Positions 32,135 to 43,994 are shown, counted from the stretch's first letter. The stretch: 64,000 bases of DNA from Gammaproteobacteria bacterium (GCA_965277715.1 OZ255836.1:1952001-2016000); one strand, 5' to 3'. Notes: generated by a model from the letters alone, not told the origin. Translations and numbers: made by a program.

Positions 32135-33862
32135 ATGTCTAACTTAATGACCGTCGAGCTGCCCAATATCGGCGACTTTGGCGAAGTCGAGATCATCGAA
32201 ATACTGGTTAAGGAAAACGATGTTATCGGTATTGAAGACTCCCTCATCACAGTGGAGTCAGACAAAGCCAGCATGGAAATCCCCTCCCCCTGCCAGGGCA
32301 CGGTAACGCGGGTGATAGTCGAAGTTGGCAGCAAAGTATCACAGGGATCGCCTTTACTGGTCGTGCATGTTGCAGACGCCGTTGCAAACCCCACACCCCC
32401 GGAACTACCGACCGCAGCAACACCGGAACCACAACTGCAAGGTGCAGATCAAGCGTCAGATATGCAGGCAGCCGTCGTTGTACTGGGCGCTGGCCCAGGT
32501 GGTTACACGGCGGCCTTTCGCGCAGCGGATTTGGGTTTGCAGGTAATCCTGATTGAGCGTTACCCATCATTGGGCGGCGTGTGCCTGAATGTTGGCTGTA
32601 TTCCCTCAAAAGCCCTGTTACACACAGCCCAGGTGCTCAATGAAACCCGTGAAATGGGCGCGCATGGGATTCGTTTTGCCGAGCCGGATATTGACCTGGA
32701 CAAACTGCGGGGGTTTAAACAAAAGGTCATCGACCAGCTCACTGGTGGTCTTGCCGGGTTGGCCAAACAGCGCCGTGTAACGGTTGTTCACGGCCACGGT
32801 AAATTTACTTCGGCAAACAGTATCACCGTCGAAAGCGGTGGTGAGACGACTACCATCAGCTTCCAGCACGCGATTATTGCCGCTGGCTCGCAGAGTATCA
32901 AAATCCCCGGCCTGCCCTACGACGATCCACGCCTGATGGATTCCACCAGTGCGCTGGCCCTCGCCGATATTCCCGACAGGTTGCTGGTGATCGGTGGTGG
33001 CATCATCGGCCTGGAAATGGCCACCGTTTACGACGCACTCGGCAGTAAAGTCACCGTGGTTGAACTCAGTGATGGGCTGATTCCCGGTTGTGACCGCGAC
33101 CTGGTGCGCCCGCTCGAAAAGCGCCTGAAAAAGCGCTATGAGAACATTTTTCTAAAATCGAAAGTCACCCGCCTGGAGCCTGCCAAAAAAGGCTTACTCG
33201 CCCACTTTGAGGGCGGTAAAGCGCCACAGAGTGATACCTTTGACCGTGCCTTACTCTCAGTCGGTCGCGCACCTAACGGTGCCAGAATTGGCGCAGAAAA
33301 CGCCGGGGTACACGTCGATTCACGTGGGTTTATTCCCGTCGATTCACAGCAAAAAACCAACGTAGCGCATATCTACGCCATTGGCGATATCGTCGGGCAG
33401 CCGATGTTGGCCCACAAAGCCACCCATGAAGCCAAAACCGCCGCTGAAGTTATCGCTGGCATGAAATCCTACTTCGACGCCAAGACCATTCCCTCGGTCG
33501 CCTACACCGACCCGGAAGTCGCCTGGATGGGGCTCACTGAAACACAGGCCAAAGAAAACGGTATCCGCTATGAAAAAGGTGCATTTCCCTGGGCGGCGAG
33601 CGGTCGCTCCTTGAGTATCAACCGCAATGAAGGCATGACCAAAGTACTGCTCGATCCAGAGACCAAACGCGTATTGGGGGCCGGTATGGTCGGCCCAAAT
33701 GCTGGCGAGTTGATTGCCGAGGCTGTTTTGGCGCTGGAAATGGGCGCGGATATTGAAGACATTGCCCTGACTGTTCATCCGCACCCCACATTATCTGAAA
33801 CGTTTAATTTTGCCTGTGAAGTGGCAGAGGGTACGTGTACGGATATTTTTGTGAAGAAGTGA
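32135..33862 (+). CDS. lpdA: Dihydrolipoamide dehydrogenase with N-terminal lipoyl domain
   Basis: ESDKAS lipoyl domain, GGVCLNVGCIPSK, HPHPTLSE. Start at ATG 32135. Confidence 0.97.
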   Translation: MSNLMTVELPNIGDFGEVEIIEILVKENDVIGIEDSLITVESDKASMEIPSPCQGTVTRVIVEVGSKVSQGSPLLVVHVADAVANPTPPELPTAATPEPQLQGADQASDMQAAVVVLGAGPGGYTAAFRAADLGLQVILIERYPSLGGVCLNVGCIPSKALLHTAQVLNETREMGAHGIRFAEPDIDLDKLRGFKQKVIDQLTGGLAGLAKQRRVTVVHGHGKFTSANSITVESGGETTTISFQHAIIAAGSQSIKIPGLPYDDPRLMDSTSALALADIPDRLLVIGGGIIGLEMATVYDALGSKVTVVELSDGLIPGCDRDLVRPLEKRLKKRYENIFLKSKVTRLEPAKKGLLAHFEGGKAPQSDTFDRALLSVGRAPNGARIGAENAGVHVDSRGFIPVDSQQKTNVAHIYAIGDIVGQPMLAHKATHEAKTAAEVIAGMKSYFDAKTIPSVAYTDPEVAWMGLTETQAKENGIRYEKGAFPWAASGRSLSINRNEGMTKVLLDPETKRVLGAGMVGPNAGELIAEAVLALEMGADIEDIALTVHPHPTLSETFNFACEVAEGTCTDIFVKK

Positions 33863-34076
33863 TTGAGAACACCCCTCCTGAGTGTGCGCCAACACCTCGG
33901 CCTGCGGCTCTGGCATACCGACCACAGTGCGTTTTTTTACAAAAACATGGGTATCAACACTATAGGCATCATCCAGCTCTGCAAATACAAATCTACATTT
34001 TTCAGTACTGACACTATGCGTATATTTTGTGTGCCACAAAAAAATTTTATAGCACACAAAACTGATTCACTTAGGA

Positions 34077-36350
34077 TTACCTGCCTGCCTTGCGGTCAAT
34101 CGCATCAACCGCCGCCACTGCGGTCATATTGACAATACCACGCACAGTCACCGAGTCTGTCAATACATGGGCCGAATGTTTTAAACCCACCAGCATCGGC
34201 CCAACCGGCACCCCATCACCAATCATTTTCACCATGTTGTAACAGATATTAGCGGAGTCCAGACCCGGCATTACCAACAAATTGGCCATACCGTTAAACC
34301 GGGAATCAGGAAACACACGGTTACGGATAACATCCGACAGCGCGGAATCGGCGTGCATTTCACCTTCCACTGCAAGATTCGGGTGTTCGTTGTGCAGTAT
34401 CTCCCGCGCTTTACGCATCTTTTTGGAATGCTCATTGTCACGGCTGCCAAAATTTGAGTGCGACAGTAAAGCAACCTTGGGCACAATGCCAAATCGCTGC
34501 ACCAGCTCACTGGCCATCACCACCGTTTCGGTAATATCATCGACAGTTGGGTTGACGGTGACGTGTGTGTCGGTCAGGAAAAAAGTCCCCGTGGGTAGAA
34601 TCATCAATGAAATGGCCGAGCAATCAGATACACCGTCACGCACACCGATGATCTGTTTAACATGCTTGAGATGGCGCGGGTATGCACCTTGAACCCCACA
34701 GATCATCGCATCAGCATGGCCTAGTGTGACCTGTAAGGCGGCAAAAACGGTATGGCGACGCACCACCGACCGGGCAAATGCCGGGGAGACACCCGCACGC
34801 CCCATAATACGGTGGTATTCAGTGGCCGCCAGTTCACAATCATCGACGTTGTGGGGGTCGATCACCTCAACATCCTGGTGCAATTTGTAGCGTAGTCCAT
34901 AGCGGTCGATCTTTTCTTGCATCACTTCAGCACGGCCAATCAATATCGGTTTGCAAATCCCGTCATCAACCAACACCTGTAACGCCGTTAGTACGCGTGA
35001 CGCTTCACCTTCTGCAAAGACAATACGCTGTCGATCAGAGATTGCCCGCTCAAAAATAGGTTCCATCACCAAGCCGGAACGGAAGACAAACTCACGCAAT
35101 TTGCGCTGATAGGCATACATATCGTCGATGGGCCGGGTGGCGACACCGCTGTCCATAGCCGCCTGCGCCACGCGATAGGGCACATCGGTCATAAGCCGTG
35201 GGTCAAAGGGGGTGGGTATCAGGTAATTCGGGCCAAACTGAAATGATGCGCCACCATACGCTGCCGCCACCACTTCTGAGGCTTCCTTCATCGCCAAATC
35301 GGCAATCGCCTCAACACAGGCAATTTTCATCGCATCGTTGATTTCAGTGGCCCCCACATCGAGCGCGCCACGAAATAAAAAGGGAAAACACAGTACATTG
35401 TTCACCTGGTTTGGATAATCGCTGCGCCCGGTTGCAATCAGGGCATCCGGGCACACTTCGCGCACTTCGTGTGGCCAGATCTCTGGCTCAGGGTTAGCCA
35501 GCGCGAGGATCATTGGCTGCGCTGCCATGCGCGCAACCTGATCCTGGGTGATGGTGCCCGGCCCGGAAAGCCCCATAAATATATCGGCGCCATCAATGGC
35601 ATCACCCAGGGTGCGTGCATCGGTTGTGCGTGCGTAGTTGCGTTTGTATTTATCCAGGTCATCGCGGCCACTATGGATAACGCCTTTGCGATCACACACG
35701 GTAATATTTTCCCGCCTCAAGCCCATGCTAATCAGTAGATTGAGGCAGGCTAAAGCAGCGGCCCCCGCACCGGAACAAACCAGCGTGACCTCGCTGATTT
35801 CCTTTTTAGACAACCGCAAACCATTGCGCACCGCTGCGGCAACACAAATGGCCGTGCCGTGTTGGTCGTCGTGAAAAACCGGGATATTCATCCGTTCGCG
35901 CAGCTTTTCCTCAATCTCAAAACACTCTGGTGCCTTGATGTCTTCAAGGTTAACCCCACCAAATGTCGGCTCCAGAGCCGCGACTACCTCGACGATAGTG
36001 TCCACATCCTTGGGGCTTATCTCTAAATCAAAGACATTGATATCGGCAAACTTTTTAAACAAAGCCGCTTTCCCTTCCATCACTGGCTTGGCTGCGAGTG
36101 GGCCAATAGCGCCCAACCCCAGCACGGCGGTGCCATTGGTGACCACGGCCACCAGGTTACTGCGAATGGTTAAATCGACAGCCGCGACGGGGTTATTCGC
36201 TATCTCCATGCACGCAGCGGCAACACCCGGTGAATAGGCCAATGATAAATCGCGCTGATTGACCATTTTTTTGGTGGGTACGACGTCGAGTTTTCCGGCT
36301 TTCGGGTATTTGTGGTAATCAATCGCAGCGTCACGCAATTCGTCGCTCAT
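34077..36350 (-). CDS. maeB: NADP-dependent malic enzyme with PTA-like domain
   Basis: [32 protein letters not shown]-terminal PTA_PTB region. Confidence 0.96.
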   Translation of the reverse strand: MSDELRDAAIDYHKYPKAGKLDVVPTKKMVNQRDLSLAYSPGVAAACMEIANNPVAAVDLTIRSNLVAVVTNGTAVLGLGAIGPLAAKPVMEGKAALFKKFADINVFDLEISPKDVDTIVEVVAALEPTFGGVNLEDIKAPECFEIEEKLRERMNIPVFHDDQHGTAICVAAAVRNGLRLSKKEISEVTLVCSGAGAAALACLNLLISMGLRRENITVCDRKGVIHSGRDDLDKYKRNYARTTDARTLGDAIDGADIFMGLSGPGTITQDQVARMAAQPMILALANPEPEIWPHEVREVCPDALIATGRSDYPNQVNNVLCFPFLFRGALDVGATEINDAMKIACVEAIADLAMKEASEVVAAAYGGASFQFGPNYLIPTPFDPRLMTDVPYRVAQAAMDSGVATRPIDDMYAYQRKLREFVFRSGLVMEPIFERAISDRQRIVFAEGEASRVLTALQVLVDDGICKPILIGRAEVMQEKIDRYGLRYKLHQDVEVIDPHNVDDCELAATEYHRIMGRAGVSPAFARSVVRRHTVFAALQVTLGHADAMICGVQGAYPRHLKHVKQIIGVRDGVSDCSAISLMILPTGTFFLTDTHVTVNPTVDDITETVVMASELVQRFGIVPKVALLSHSNFGSRDNEHSKKMRKAREILHNEHPNLAVEGEMHADSALSDVIRNRVFPDSRFNGMANLLVMPGLDSANICYNMVKMIGDGVPVGPMLVGLKHSAHVLTDSVTVRGIVNMTAVAAVDAIDRKAGR

Positions 36351-36433
36351 TTTGCCTCCAGGGGACAGTGTAGGTAAACAATCTGTGTGCTATTACAAAT
36401 AGGGTATTCAGGGGTCGGGCGGGCGCAGGGTTA

Positions 36434-36459
36434 CTCTACTGCGGAAAAGCCAGTTTGGC
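36434..36459 (+). repeat. Dispersed intergenic repeat, copy 2
   Basis: CTCTACTGCGGAAAAGCCAGTTTGGC, 25/26 identical to 6387-6412. Confidence 0.8.
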
Positions 36460-36855
36460 TCTTTTCTGCGCACTGTGTCGTCAAATAGAACCGCGTGTCA
36501 ATTAGCGTACTCATAACGGTTTAGGATAGTAGCAATTCAAGCAGAGTTAGCCTAAAAAGTCGCTATTTTTTTATAGGGTTTATGTATCTGGTCAGTTTAC
36601 TGATCGACTCACTGGCCGATTTAAATGCATCGCCTGTTTAACGCCATGCGTCTTGGGCGGGTCGAGAATCGACCAGCCTATCCGCAGGTGTTAACGCAAC
36701 TGATTGCCCGTTTTAGAGCAGAGAGAATTGCCTCGATAGATTTTTTTTTGCGTTAAAATAGTGTATCCGGTAACGTCGGTGACACGGTTAACTGGCGCTG
36801 TTTTTTATACCGATAAAACTTTATATTAATAAATTAATCAATAGGTTATAGATCC

Positions 36856-37176
36856 TTGAGCAATCAATTAGATGATATTTCGGATGGCGGCCTTGCAACT
36901 GAAGCAACCAAACCCAAATTAAAAAAGCCCAGAATGTTTAAGGTTGTGCTGCTAAATGACGATTATACACCCATGGAGTTTGTTGTTTTGGTGCTGGAAA
37001 GCGTGTTTCGTATTGATCGCGAGAAGGCCACACAAATCATGCTGCATGTGCATACCCGGGGTAAGGGGGTATGCGGGTTATTCACCAGGGATGTTGCCGA
37101 AACCAAGATGTCCCAGGTAAATAAATTGTCCCGGGATCACCAACATCCATTGTTATGTGAGATAGAAGAAGCGTAG
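36856..37176 (+). CDS. clpS: Clp protease adaptor ClpS
   Basis: [16 protein letters not shown]; directly upstream of clpA. Confidence 0.96.
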   Translation: MSNQLDDISDGGLATEATKPKLKKPRMFKVVLLNDDYTPMEFVVLVLESVFRIDREKATQIMLHVHTRGKGVCGLFTRDVAETKMSQVNKLSRDHQHPLLCEIEEA

Positions 37177-37186
37177 TTGAGCTGAT

Positions 37187-39451
37187 ATGTTAAGTAAAGA
37201 ACTCGAATTTACCTTGAACATGGCATTCAAAATGGCCAAAGAGAACCGTTTTGAATTCATGACAATTGAACACTTAATGCTGGCATTGTTGGATAATTCA
37301 AGCGCGTGCAATGTGCTGCGCGCCTGTGGCGGGGATCTGGAGCAGCTTAAAATTGAGTTGACCGATTTTATCTTCGAAAACACCCCGGTGCTGGATGATG
37401 ATGAAGACCGTGAGACCCAGCCGACCCTGGGCTTTCAACGCGTATTGCAACGGGCTGTGTTTCACGTGCAGTCGTCGGGTAACCGGGAAGTGAATGGTGC
37501 CAATGTATTGGTGGCCATCTTTGGCGAGCAGGATTCGCACAGCGTCTATGTAATGAACAAACAGAGCATCAGCCGTTTGGATGTGGTGAATTACATAGCC
37601 CACGGTGTCTCAAAAGTGCCTGGCGAAGACACTGAAGAGGAAATCGATGGCGCACAGGAGAGCAGTGCAGACGAGCCTGATGCCGAGAGCCGCCCACTGG
37701 CAAAATACGCCGAGAACCTCAATAGCAAAGCGACAGATGGAAAAATTGACCCCCTTATTGGCCGCGAGCTGGAAGTTGAGCGTGCGGTGCAGATAATTTG
37801 CCGTCGACGCAAAAACAACCCATTGTTGGTCGGTGAAGCGGGGGTCGGCAAAACGGCGATAGCGGAAGGGTTGGCACGGCGCATCGTCGATGGTGAGGTG
37901 CCAGAGGTGTTGGCCAATGCCACTATCTACGGGCTTGACCTGGGTGCGATGGTCGCAGGCACTAAATACCGGGGGGATTTTGAAAAGCGTTTGAAGGGCG
38001 TACTCAATCAACTCAAGGGTGAAGAGGGCGCCGTACTGTTTATTGACGAAATACACACGATTATTGGCGCGGGTGCCGCATCGGGCGGTGTGATGGATGC
38101 CTCCAATATTATTAAGCCCATGTTGGCGTCGGGTGAGTTGAAATGCATTGGGTCGACCACTTACCAGGAATACCGGGGCATTTTTGAAAAAGACCGGGCG
38201 TTGGCACGCCGCTTTCAGAAAATTGATGTTGCCGAGCCCAGCGTTACAGAAGCCATTAAAATACTCAAGGGCTTGCGTGAGCGCTATGAATCCTTTCATC
38301 AGGTACGCTATACCAACAACGCACTGAAATCGGCGGTCGAACTCTCCGATCGCTATGTGAATGACCGCTTCCTGCCTGATAAAGCCATCGATGTAATCGA
38401 TGAGGCGGGGGCTAACCGCCAATTGCAAGCGGCGGCACAGCGCAAAAAAACCGTGAGCGTTGCCGATATTGAGGCCATCGTGGCCAAAATTGCGCGCATC
38501 CCCGCCAAGAGCCTGTCGACCAACGATGTTGAAAAACTTAAAACGCTGGATCGGGATCTAAAAATGCTGGTTTTTGGTCAAAACGAGGCCATCGATACGC
38601 TGGCCGCTGCCATCAAGATGGCGCGTTCCGGGCTGGGTAATGAGGAACGCCCTATCGGTTCATTTTTGTTTGCCGGTCCCACCGGGGTAGGCAAAACCGA
38701 AGTGACCCGGCAGTTGTCAAAAGTCCTGGGTATTGAATTGATTCGTTTTGATATGTCCGAGTATATGGAGCGGCATACCGTTTCCCGCCTTATCGGCGCG
38801 CCACCGGGCTACGTTGGCTATGACCAGGGGGGACTGTTAACCGAAGCGATCAATAAACACCCTCACGCTGTCCTGCTGTTTGATGAAATCGAAAAAGCGC
38901 ACCCCGATGTTTTTAATTTGCTGTTGCAGGTGATGGATCACGGTACGCTGACGGATAACAATGGCCGCAAAGCCGATTTTCGCAATGTCATTCTGGTTAT
39001 GACGACTAACGCGGGTGCCGAGTCGGCGAGCCGCCGCAGTATGGGGTTTTCGCAGCAGGACCACTCCAGCGATGCGATGGAGGCAATCAACCGTTTGTTT
39101 ACCCCTGAATTTCGCAATCGTCTGGATGCCGTCGTGCAGTTCAAATCACTGGATAAGCGCACAATTACCAATGTCGTCGATAAATTCATTATCGAGCTGG
39201 AAGCGCAACTGGAAAGTAAAAAGGTCAACCTGCGGGTCGAGACCTCGGCTAAGGAGTGGTTGGCAACTCACGGCTTTGATAAACACATGGGCGCCAGGCC
39301 AATGGTGCGCGTGATTCAGGATAATATCAAAAAGCCGCTGGCAGACGAGGTGTTATTCGGTCGGCTTGTCAAAGGTGGTGTCGTGACAATTTCAGCAGAC
39401 GATAAAGGTGAGTTACGTTTTAGTTTCGAGTCTGAACAGGCGCTTGCCTGA
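37187..39451 (+). CDS. clpA: Clp protease ATP-binding subunit ClpA
   Basis: Two AAA modules ([16 protein letters not shown]), no M-domain, MGF loop. Confidence 0.97.
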   Translation: MLSKELEFTLNMAFKMAKENRFEFMTIEHLMLALLDNSSACNVLRACGGDLEQLKIELTDFIFENTPVLDDDEDRETQPTLGFQRVLQRAVFHVQSSGNREVNGANVLVAIFGEQDSHSVYVMNKQSISRLDVVNYIAHGVSKVPGEDTEEEIDGAQESSADEPDAESRPLAKYAENLNSKATDGKIDPLIGRELEVERAVQIICRRRKNNPLLVGEAGVGKTAIAEGLARRIVDGEVPEVLANATIYGLDLGAMVAGTKYRGDFEKRLKGVLNQLKGEEGAVLFIDEIHTIIGAGAASGGVMDASNIIKPMLASGELKCIGSTTYQEYRGIFEKDRALARRFQKIDVAEPSVTEAIKILKGLRERYESFHQVRYTNNALKSAVELSDRYVNDRFLPDKAIDVIDEAGANRQLQAAAQRKKTVSVADIEAIVAKIARIPAKSLSTNDVEKLKTLDRDLKMLVFGQNEAIDTLAAAIKMARSGLGNEERPIGSFLFAGPTGVGKTEVTRQLSKVLGIELIRFDMSEYMERHTVSRLIGAPPGYVGYDQGGLLTEAINKHPHAVLLFDEIEKAHPDVFNLLLQVMDHGTLTDNNGRKADFRNVILVMTTNAGAESASRRSMGFSQQDHSSDAMEAINRLFTPEFRNRLDAVVQFKSLDKRTITNVVDKFIIELEAQLESKKVNLRVETSAKEWLATHGFDKHMGARPMVRVIQDNIKKPLADEVLFGRLVKGGVVTISADDKGELRFSFESEQALA

Positions 39452-39488
39452 CGAATAAGCCTTTCAGTGTATGAGGTAAAACGCCGGG

Positions 39489-39707
39489 TTACCGGCTGCG
39501 GTAGGTAATACGCCCTTTGCTTAGATCGTAAGGGGTCAGTTGAACGACCACCTTATCGCCTGTGAGGATGCGGATATAGTTTTTGCGCATTTTCCCGGAT
39601 ATATGGGCGGTAACGATATGACCGTTTTCCAATTCAACACGAAACATGGTGTTTGGCAGGGTGTCGATGACAGTGCCTTCCATTTCGATGTGTTCTTCTT
39701 TTGCCAT
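39489..39707 (-). CDS. infA: Translation initiation factor IF-1
   Basis: [11 protein letters not shown]...[18 protein letters not shown]. Start at ATG 39707. Confidence 0.98.
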   Translation of the reverse strand: MAKEEHIEMEGTVIDTLPNTMFRVELENGHIVTAHISGKMRKNYIRILTGDKVVVQLTPYDLSKGRITYRSR

Positions 39708-39880
39708 AAGTAACCGCTGTACCAGGGGAGTGTCAAGAGGGTATGTGTTTTTAACCGCCGCAATTATCAACAAATTGTAGTGGATCGCAAGCTTTCTTTT
39801 GCCAGGCAGGTCAAACCTAATGAGTCAACCAAGTTCAATTTATGCCGTATACCAGCTAAACTAGACGCTTTGCATTTAAA

Positions 39881-40369
39881 TTGAGGGGTGCATTGAGCGA
39901 TACAACCTATGCGGTGGCGTTGAATACTTATTCGAGCCGCTTTGCCAGCTTAATGGAATTGTACGAGCAAAACTATTTGCTCACACGTCTGTTGGCTCCC
40001 GACCTCAAGAAACTCGCCGCTGGTGAGTACGTATCCAGGGCAGATGCCTGTTTGCCGCTCTATTTGAGCGTGCTGGAAAAAGAAAGATACACCACGACGA
40101 TCTGCCTCTCCTATCGGTTTAAAGACCGCCTGCCCTACCCCAAACAACCCAACCTAACGATTCGCATTTACCATGATGCCAGCACTACCGAGGCAATGAG
40201 TGGTTTGATTCATGGCCAGCGGTATACACAACGCAACGTTAGACGCTTGCATGAAAGCTGGAAACTAAACCGTTTTTTGTACAAGTGGTTACGTTACTGC
40301 GTGCACCGTGGCCACTCGTTCAAGGCGATTGATTTAGGCTTAACCTATGCACCTGGAAAGTGCAGTTGA
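39881..40369 (+). CDS. DUF1249 (YqiB-like) protein
   Basis: LMELYEQNY, RYTT, IRIYHDA..EA, WKLNRFLYKWL.YC..RGH. Start uncertain. Confidence 0.8.
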   Translation: MRGALSDTTYAVALNTYSSRFASLMELYEQNYLLTRLLAPDLKKLAAGEYVSRADACLPLYLSVLEKERYTTTICLSYRFKDRLPYPKQPNLTIRIYHDASTTEAMSGLIHGQRYTQRNVRRLHESWKLNRFLYKWLRYCVHRGHSFKAIDLGLTYAPGKCS

Positions 40370-40384
40370 TTCAGGAAAGCGCCC

Positions 40385-42022
40385 GTGATTGCTACACATG
40401 CCACCTCAGCCTATAACTACCCACTGCTCATCAAACACCTGCTACACACACCGCTGACCTGCTCACCCGATCAGGAAATCGTCAGTGGCAATAACAAACG
40501 GTATAACTACCGGGTATTTCGCCAACGGTTGGGCCAACTGGCCAATGGCCTTTCATCACTGGGTGTGCGCCTGGGCGATACCGTCGCGGTGATGGATTGG
40601 GATAACCACCGCTACCTCGAATGTTTTTTCGCTGTGCCAATGATGGGTGCCGTACTGCACACGATTAATGTGCGCCTTTCACCTGAGCAGATTCTGTTTA
40701 CCATCAACCACGCACAAGACGATGTAATTCTCGTTCACACAGACTTTATACCGATTATTGACTTTATCAAAGGTCGGTTTGAACGCCCGGTTACGCTGAT
40801 TTATTTACAGGATGACGCGGCTGTATCGATGCCTTCAGATTACCTCGCCGAGTATGAATCACTGCTTGAGGCATCGACTGACGATTTTGTTTTTGAAGAT
40901 TTTGATGAAGGCACTACTGCCACCACTTTTTATACCACGGGCACCACGGGTGATCCAAAAGGGGTTTTTTATAGCCACCGACAACTGGTATTGCACACGC
41001 TCGGTTTGATGGCGGGTTTTGGCACAGTGGATGGCAGCGCACGCTTTCACAAGGGCGATGTGTATATGCCGATCACACCGATGTTCCATGTGCACGGCTG
41101 GGGTATCCCTTACGCAGCAACGCTGATGGGTGTCAAGCAGGTGTACCCTGGGCGTTATCAACCGGCGGTATTGCTCGCATTAATCGAACAGGAGGGCGTG
41201 ACATTTTCACACTGCGTGCCAACTATCCTGCATATGTTGCTTACAGCACCCGAAGCGGAAAGTATCGACCTGGGCAACTGGAAAGTAATTATCGGGGGTT
41301 CTGCCTTGTCGCCCGGGCTGATGATGAGTGCGATTGAGCGCGGGATCAATGTATTCTCTGCCTACGGCATGTCAGAGACCTGTCCGTTTGTCACTACCTC
41401 GGATATGTCCGGTATCCATGCGGTGACCGATGATGAAGCGACACTGGCCATGCGTGGCAAAGCCGGGCAGCCCACTGTATTGGTGGATTTGCGCGTGGTC
41501 GATGCGCAGATGAACGATGTACCGCGTGACGGTCAATCCACCGGCGAGGTGGTGGTGCGCACACCGTGGTTGACCCAGGGGTATACCGGTGATTCACAAG
41601 GCTCTGAGGCTTTGTGGGCGGGTGGGTATATGCACACGGGTGACGTTGGTTATATCGATGCGGACGGCTCGCTGCACATTACAGACCGTATGAAGGATGT
41701 GATTAAATCAGGAGGGGAATGGGTTTCATCACTGGCACTTGAAAGCATCGTTTCGCGCTGTGCGAGTGTCAGTGAAGTCGCTGCGATTGGTATAGCTGAT
41801 GAGCGTTGGGGGGAACGGCCGATGCTGGTAGTCGTGCCGACTGAAACCGGTAAAGGTGAGTTCTCAGGTGACGATTTACGCCACGCCATTCAGTTTCACG
41901 TCGAGAGTGGTCGTCTGCCAAAGTGGGCTGTGCCGGAGCGCATTGAATTTGTTGAAGCGCTGGATAAAACCAGCGTTGGCAAGCTGGACAAAAAGGCCTT
42001 GCGCGCACGCTATGCAGAATGA
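40385..42022 (+). CDS. Fatty acid--CoA ligase (AlkK/DmdB-like)
   Basis: YTTGTTGDPKG, PMFHVHGWG, YGMSET, DRMKDVIKSGGEW, TSVGKLDK. Confidence 0.92.
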   Translation: MIATHATSAYNYPLLIKHLLHTPLTCSPDQEIVSGNNKRYNYRVFRQRLGQLANGLSSLGVRLGDTVAVMDWDNHRYLECFFAVPMMGAVLHTINVRLSPEQILFTINHAQDDVILVHTDFIPIIDFIKGRFERPVTLIYLQDDAAVSMPSDYLAEYESLLEASTDDFVFEDFDEGTTATTFYTTGTTGDPKGVFYSHRQLVLHTLGLMAGFGTVDGSARFHKGDVYMPITPMFHVHGWGIPYAATLMGVKQVYPGRYQPAVLLALIEQEGVTFSHCVPTILHMLLTAPEAESIDLGNWKVIIGGSALSPGLMMSAIERGINVFSAYGMSETCPFVTTSDMSGIHAVTDDEATLAMRGKAGQPTVLVDLRVVDAQMNDVPRDGQSTGEVVVRTPWLTQGYTGDSQGSEALWAGGYMHTGDVGYIDADGSLHITDRMKDVIKSGGEWVSSLALESIVSRCASVSEVAAIGIADERWGERPMLVVVPTETGKGEFSGDDLRHAIQFHVESGRLPKWAVPERIEFVEALDKTSVGKLDKKALRARYAE

Positions 42023-42277
42023 GGGTTTTCGGACTGTTCCACCGGCACTCTCCTGGGAAATGCAGAGGCAAAGCCTACATCCTTTTATACTTTATTTATC
42101 GTCAGAAAAAGACCCCGTACAAATCTAGACTCCGTGTATTAACCTACACAGGCGAAATATCTATTCCAATTGATAAGCGTCTATTTGCGTCTACACTCTA
42201 TAGTTATGCCTTGTACTAAACCCCACGGCTGCAAGTCGGTACAAGCCCCATACTATACAAAACTGAGGCATAAGTAG

Positions 42278-43675
42278 ATGATCAAACAAACCACTATAGT
42301 TCCGGTTTTTCTAGGATTATCACTTCTCACAGCCATTCCAGCGGCCATCGCCCAGGCACAGAATGTTATCGTAGCCGGTAGCGAATGTATTGGCACAGAT
42401 TGTGTTGAAGGCGAGATTTTCGGTGCGGATACACTTCGGCTCAAAGAAAACAATTTGCGTATTCACTTTGACGATACTACGGCAAACTCAGGCACAAGCT
42501 TTCCCAGCAACGACTGGCGTATTCTTATTAATAGCGGTAGTAACGGTGGCGGCAACTACTTTGCGATTCAGGATGCCACCGCTAACCAGGTAGTTTTGCA
42601 AATTGATGCGGGTGCACCTTTATACAGCATGCGCGTCAACAGCGCGGGTAACCTTGGCCTGGGTACGGCCAATCCTCTCACGCAATTGCACATAGTGGAC
42701 GGTAACTCGCCAACCTTGCGCTTAAATCAAGATTCCAGCCATGGTTGGAAACCGTATATATGGGATATCGTTGCTAACGAGGCGGCCCTGCTCGTGCGTG
42801 ACACCACCCACGATAACCAAATACCTTTTCGCATTAACACAGGTGCAAGCAACAATAGTTTCTTAATTGATAATAATGGACGCGTCGGCCTGGGAACCGC
42901 CTCTCCTGCAGCGAATTTGCATCTATCCTCAAGCGCTGGAACCGCAAAAATACTGGTACAGGAATCAAACACCACCACCGAGCAGAGAGATTTATTGGAA
43001 CTGAGGAATAATGGCGATAGTTTAATGTTTTTTAACAATGCCACTACCAACAATAACTGGTCGGTGGGTCAGTCTAGCGCTATTGCGGCAGAATCCTTTA
43101 TTATCTCGTCTGCAGGTCAGGCCTTCACCGACGCCGGTTTGAAAGGTTTACTTTTGACGAGTGCCGGAGGTATGCTTGTCGGCGATTTTTCTGATGGCCA
43201 CGCGGAGCTTGCTCTGAACCCAGCCAATGGCAATCTACTGGTTCGAGGCAGTCTTACAGCAACCAATGTGGCTTCGAGTTCATCCCGTGCGCTAAAAGAA
43301 AACTTTTCTATCGTTGACCCCATGGAAATTTTGGCGGCAGTGGCGCAAATTCCTATCTCTAAATGGAGTTTCAAAAACGATGGTTCAAGTGTGTTTCATA
43401 TAGGACCGATGGCTGAAGATTTTTATGCTCTGTTCGGTTTGGGAACCGACAACAAGCATATTTCCTCCGTTGACGGTGACGGTATTGCACTTGCGTCGAT
43501 TAAGGCGCTGAACCAAAAACTGGAGAGTAAGGAGCTGAAAATTGCCGACCTGGAAGCGCAATTGGCCGAAAAAGGTCAACAGCTTCAACAGCACGCATCC
43601 CTATTGGAAGATTTGAGCCAAAAAGTTCAGCTTTTACTTAATGGTGTTTCTGCCGACGGTAAAGACGGTCAATAA
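42278..43675 (+). CDS. Secreted tail-fibre/tailspike-like protein with C-terminal intramolecular chaperone (peptidase S74-like) domain
   Basis: Signal peptide, G(N/R)(L/V)GLGTAxP repeats, SSRALKENF cleavage-site motif, HIGPMAEDFY..FGLG, terminal coiled coil. Confidence 0.8.
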   Translation: MIKQTTIVPVFLGLSLLTAIPAAIAQAQNVIVAGSECIGTDCVEGEIFGADTLRLKENNLRIHFDDTTANSGTSFPSNDWRILINSGSNGGGNYFAIQDATANQVVLQIDAGAPLYSMRVNSAGNLGLGTANPLTQLHIVDGNSPTLRLNQDSSHGWKPYIWDIVANEAALLVRDTTHDNQIPFRINTGASNNSFLIDNNGRVGLGTASPAANLHLSSSAGTAKILVQESNTTTEQRDLLELRNNGDSLMFFNNATTNNNWSVGQSSAIAAESFIISSAGQAFTDAGLKGLLLTSAGGMLVGDFSDGHAELALNPANGNLLVRGSLTATNVASSSSRALKENFSIVDPMEILAAVAQIPISKWSFKNDGSSVFHIGPMAEDFYALFGLGTDNKHISSVDGDGIALASIKALNQKLESKELKIADLEAQLAEKGQQLQQHASLLEDLSQKVQLLLNGVSADGKDGQ

Positions 43676-43896
43676 AGGATCGTGGTCGCGATATTTCCGC
43701 ACTAAAAACCAGGATAAAGTAGTGTGTATAGAGAACAATTTTCTCTTTATTACTCAATAAGTTAATCGTTAAGGAAGCGCCCTTCGGCATCGCCCTCTTT
43801 TTATCCCTCGGGTAACGCATTATGTATCGTTGCTATTAAACAATAAAATGAATTTATTGCAGGTATATACCTGCCTGTTTCTGTTTTTATAATGTG

Positions 43897-43919
43897 TACT
43901 GCGGAAAAGCCGGATTGGC
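43897..43919 (+). repeat. Dispersed intergenic repeat, copy 3
   Basis: TACTGCGGAAAAGCCGGATTGGC. Confidence 0.78.
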
Positions 43920-43994
43920 AAAACCCCATGCATATGCACTTACAAGATTCGTAATTTACGGCATAATGCGCGCCACCATTTTTGGGTTGATGCT

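Noticed and set aside
33791-34132. ORFs between lpdA and maeB
   Set aside because: Convergent intergenic region; the ORFs overlap neighbouring genes and have no motifs.
42278-43675. Prophage call based on the tail-fibre-like gene
   Set aside because: No other phage genes are nearby and the protein carries a signal peptide.
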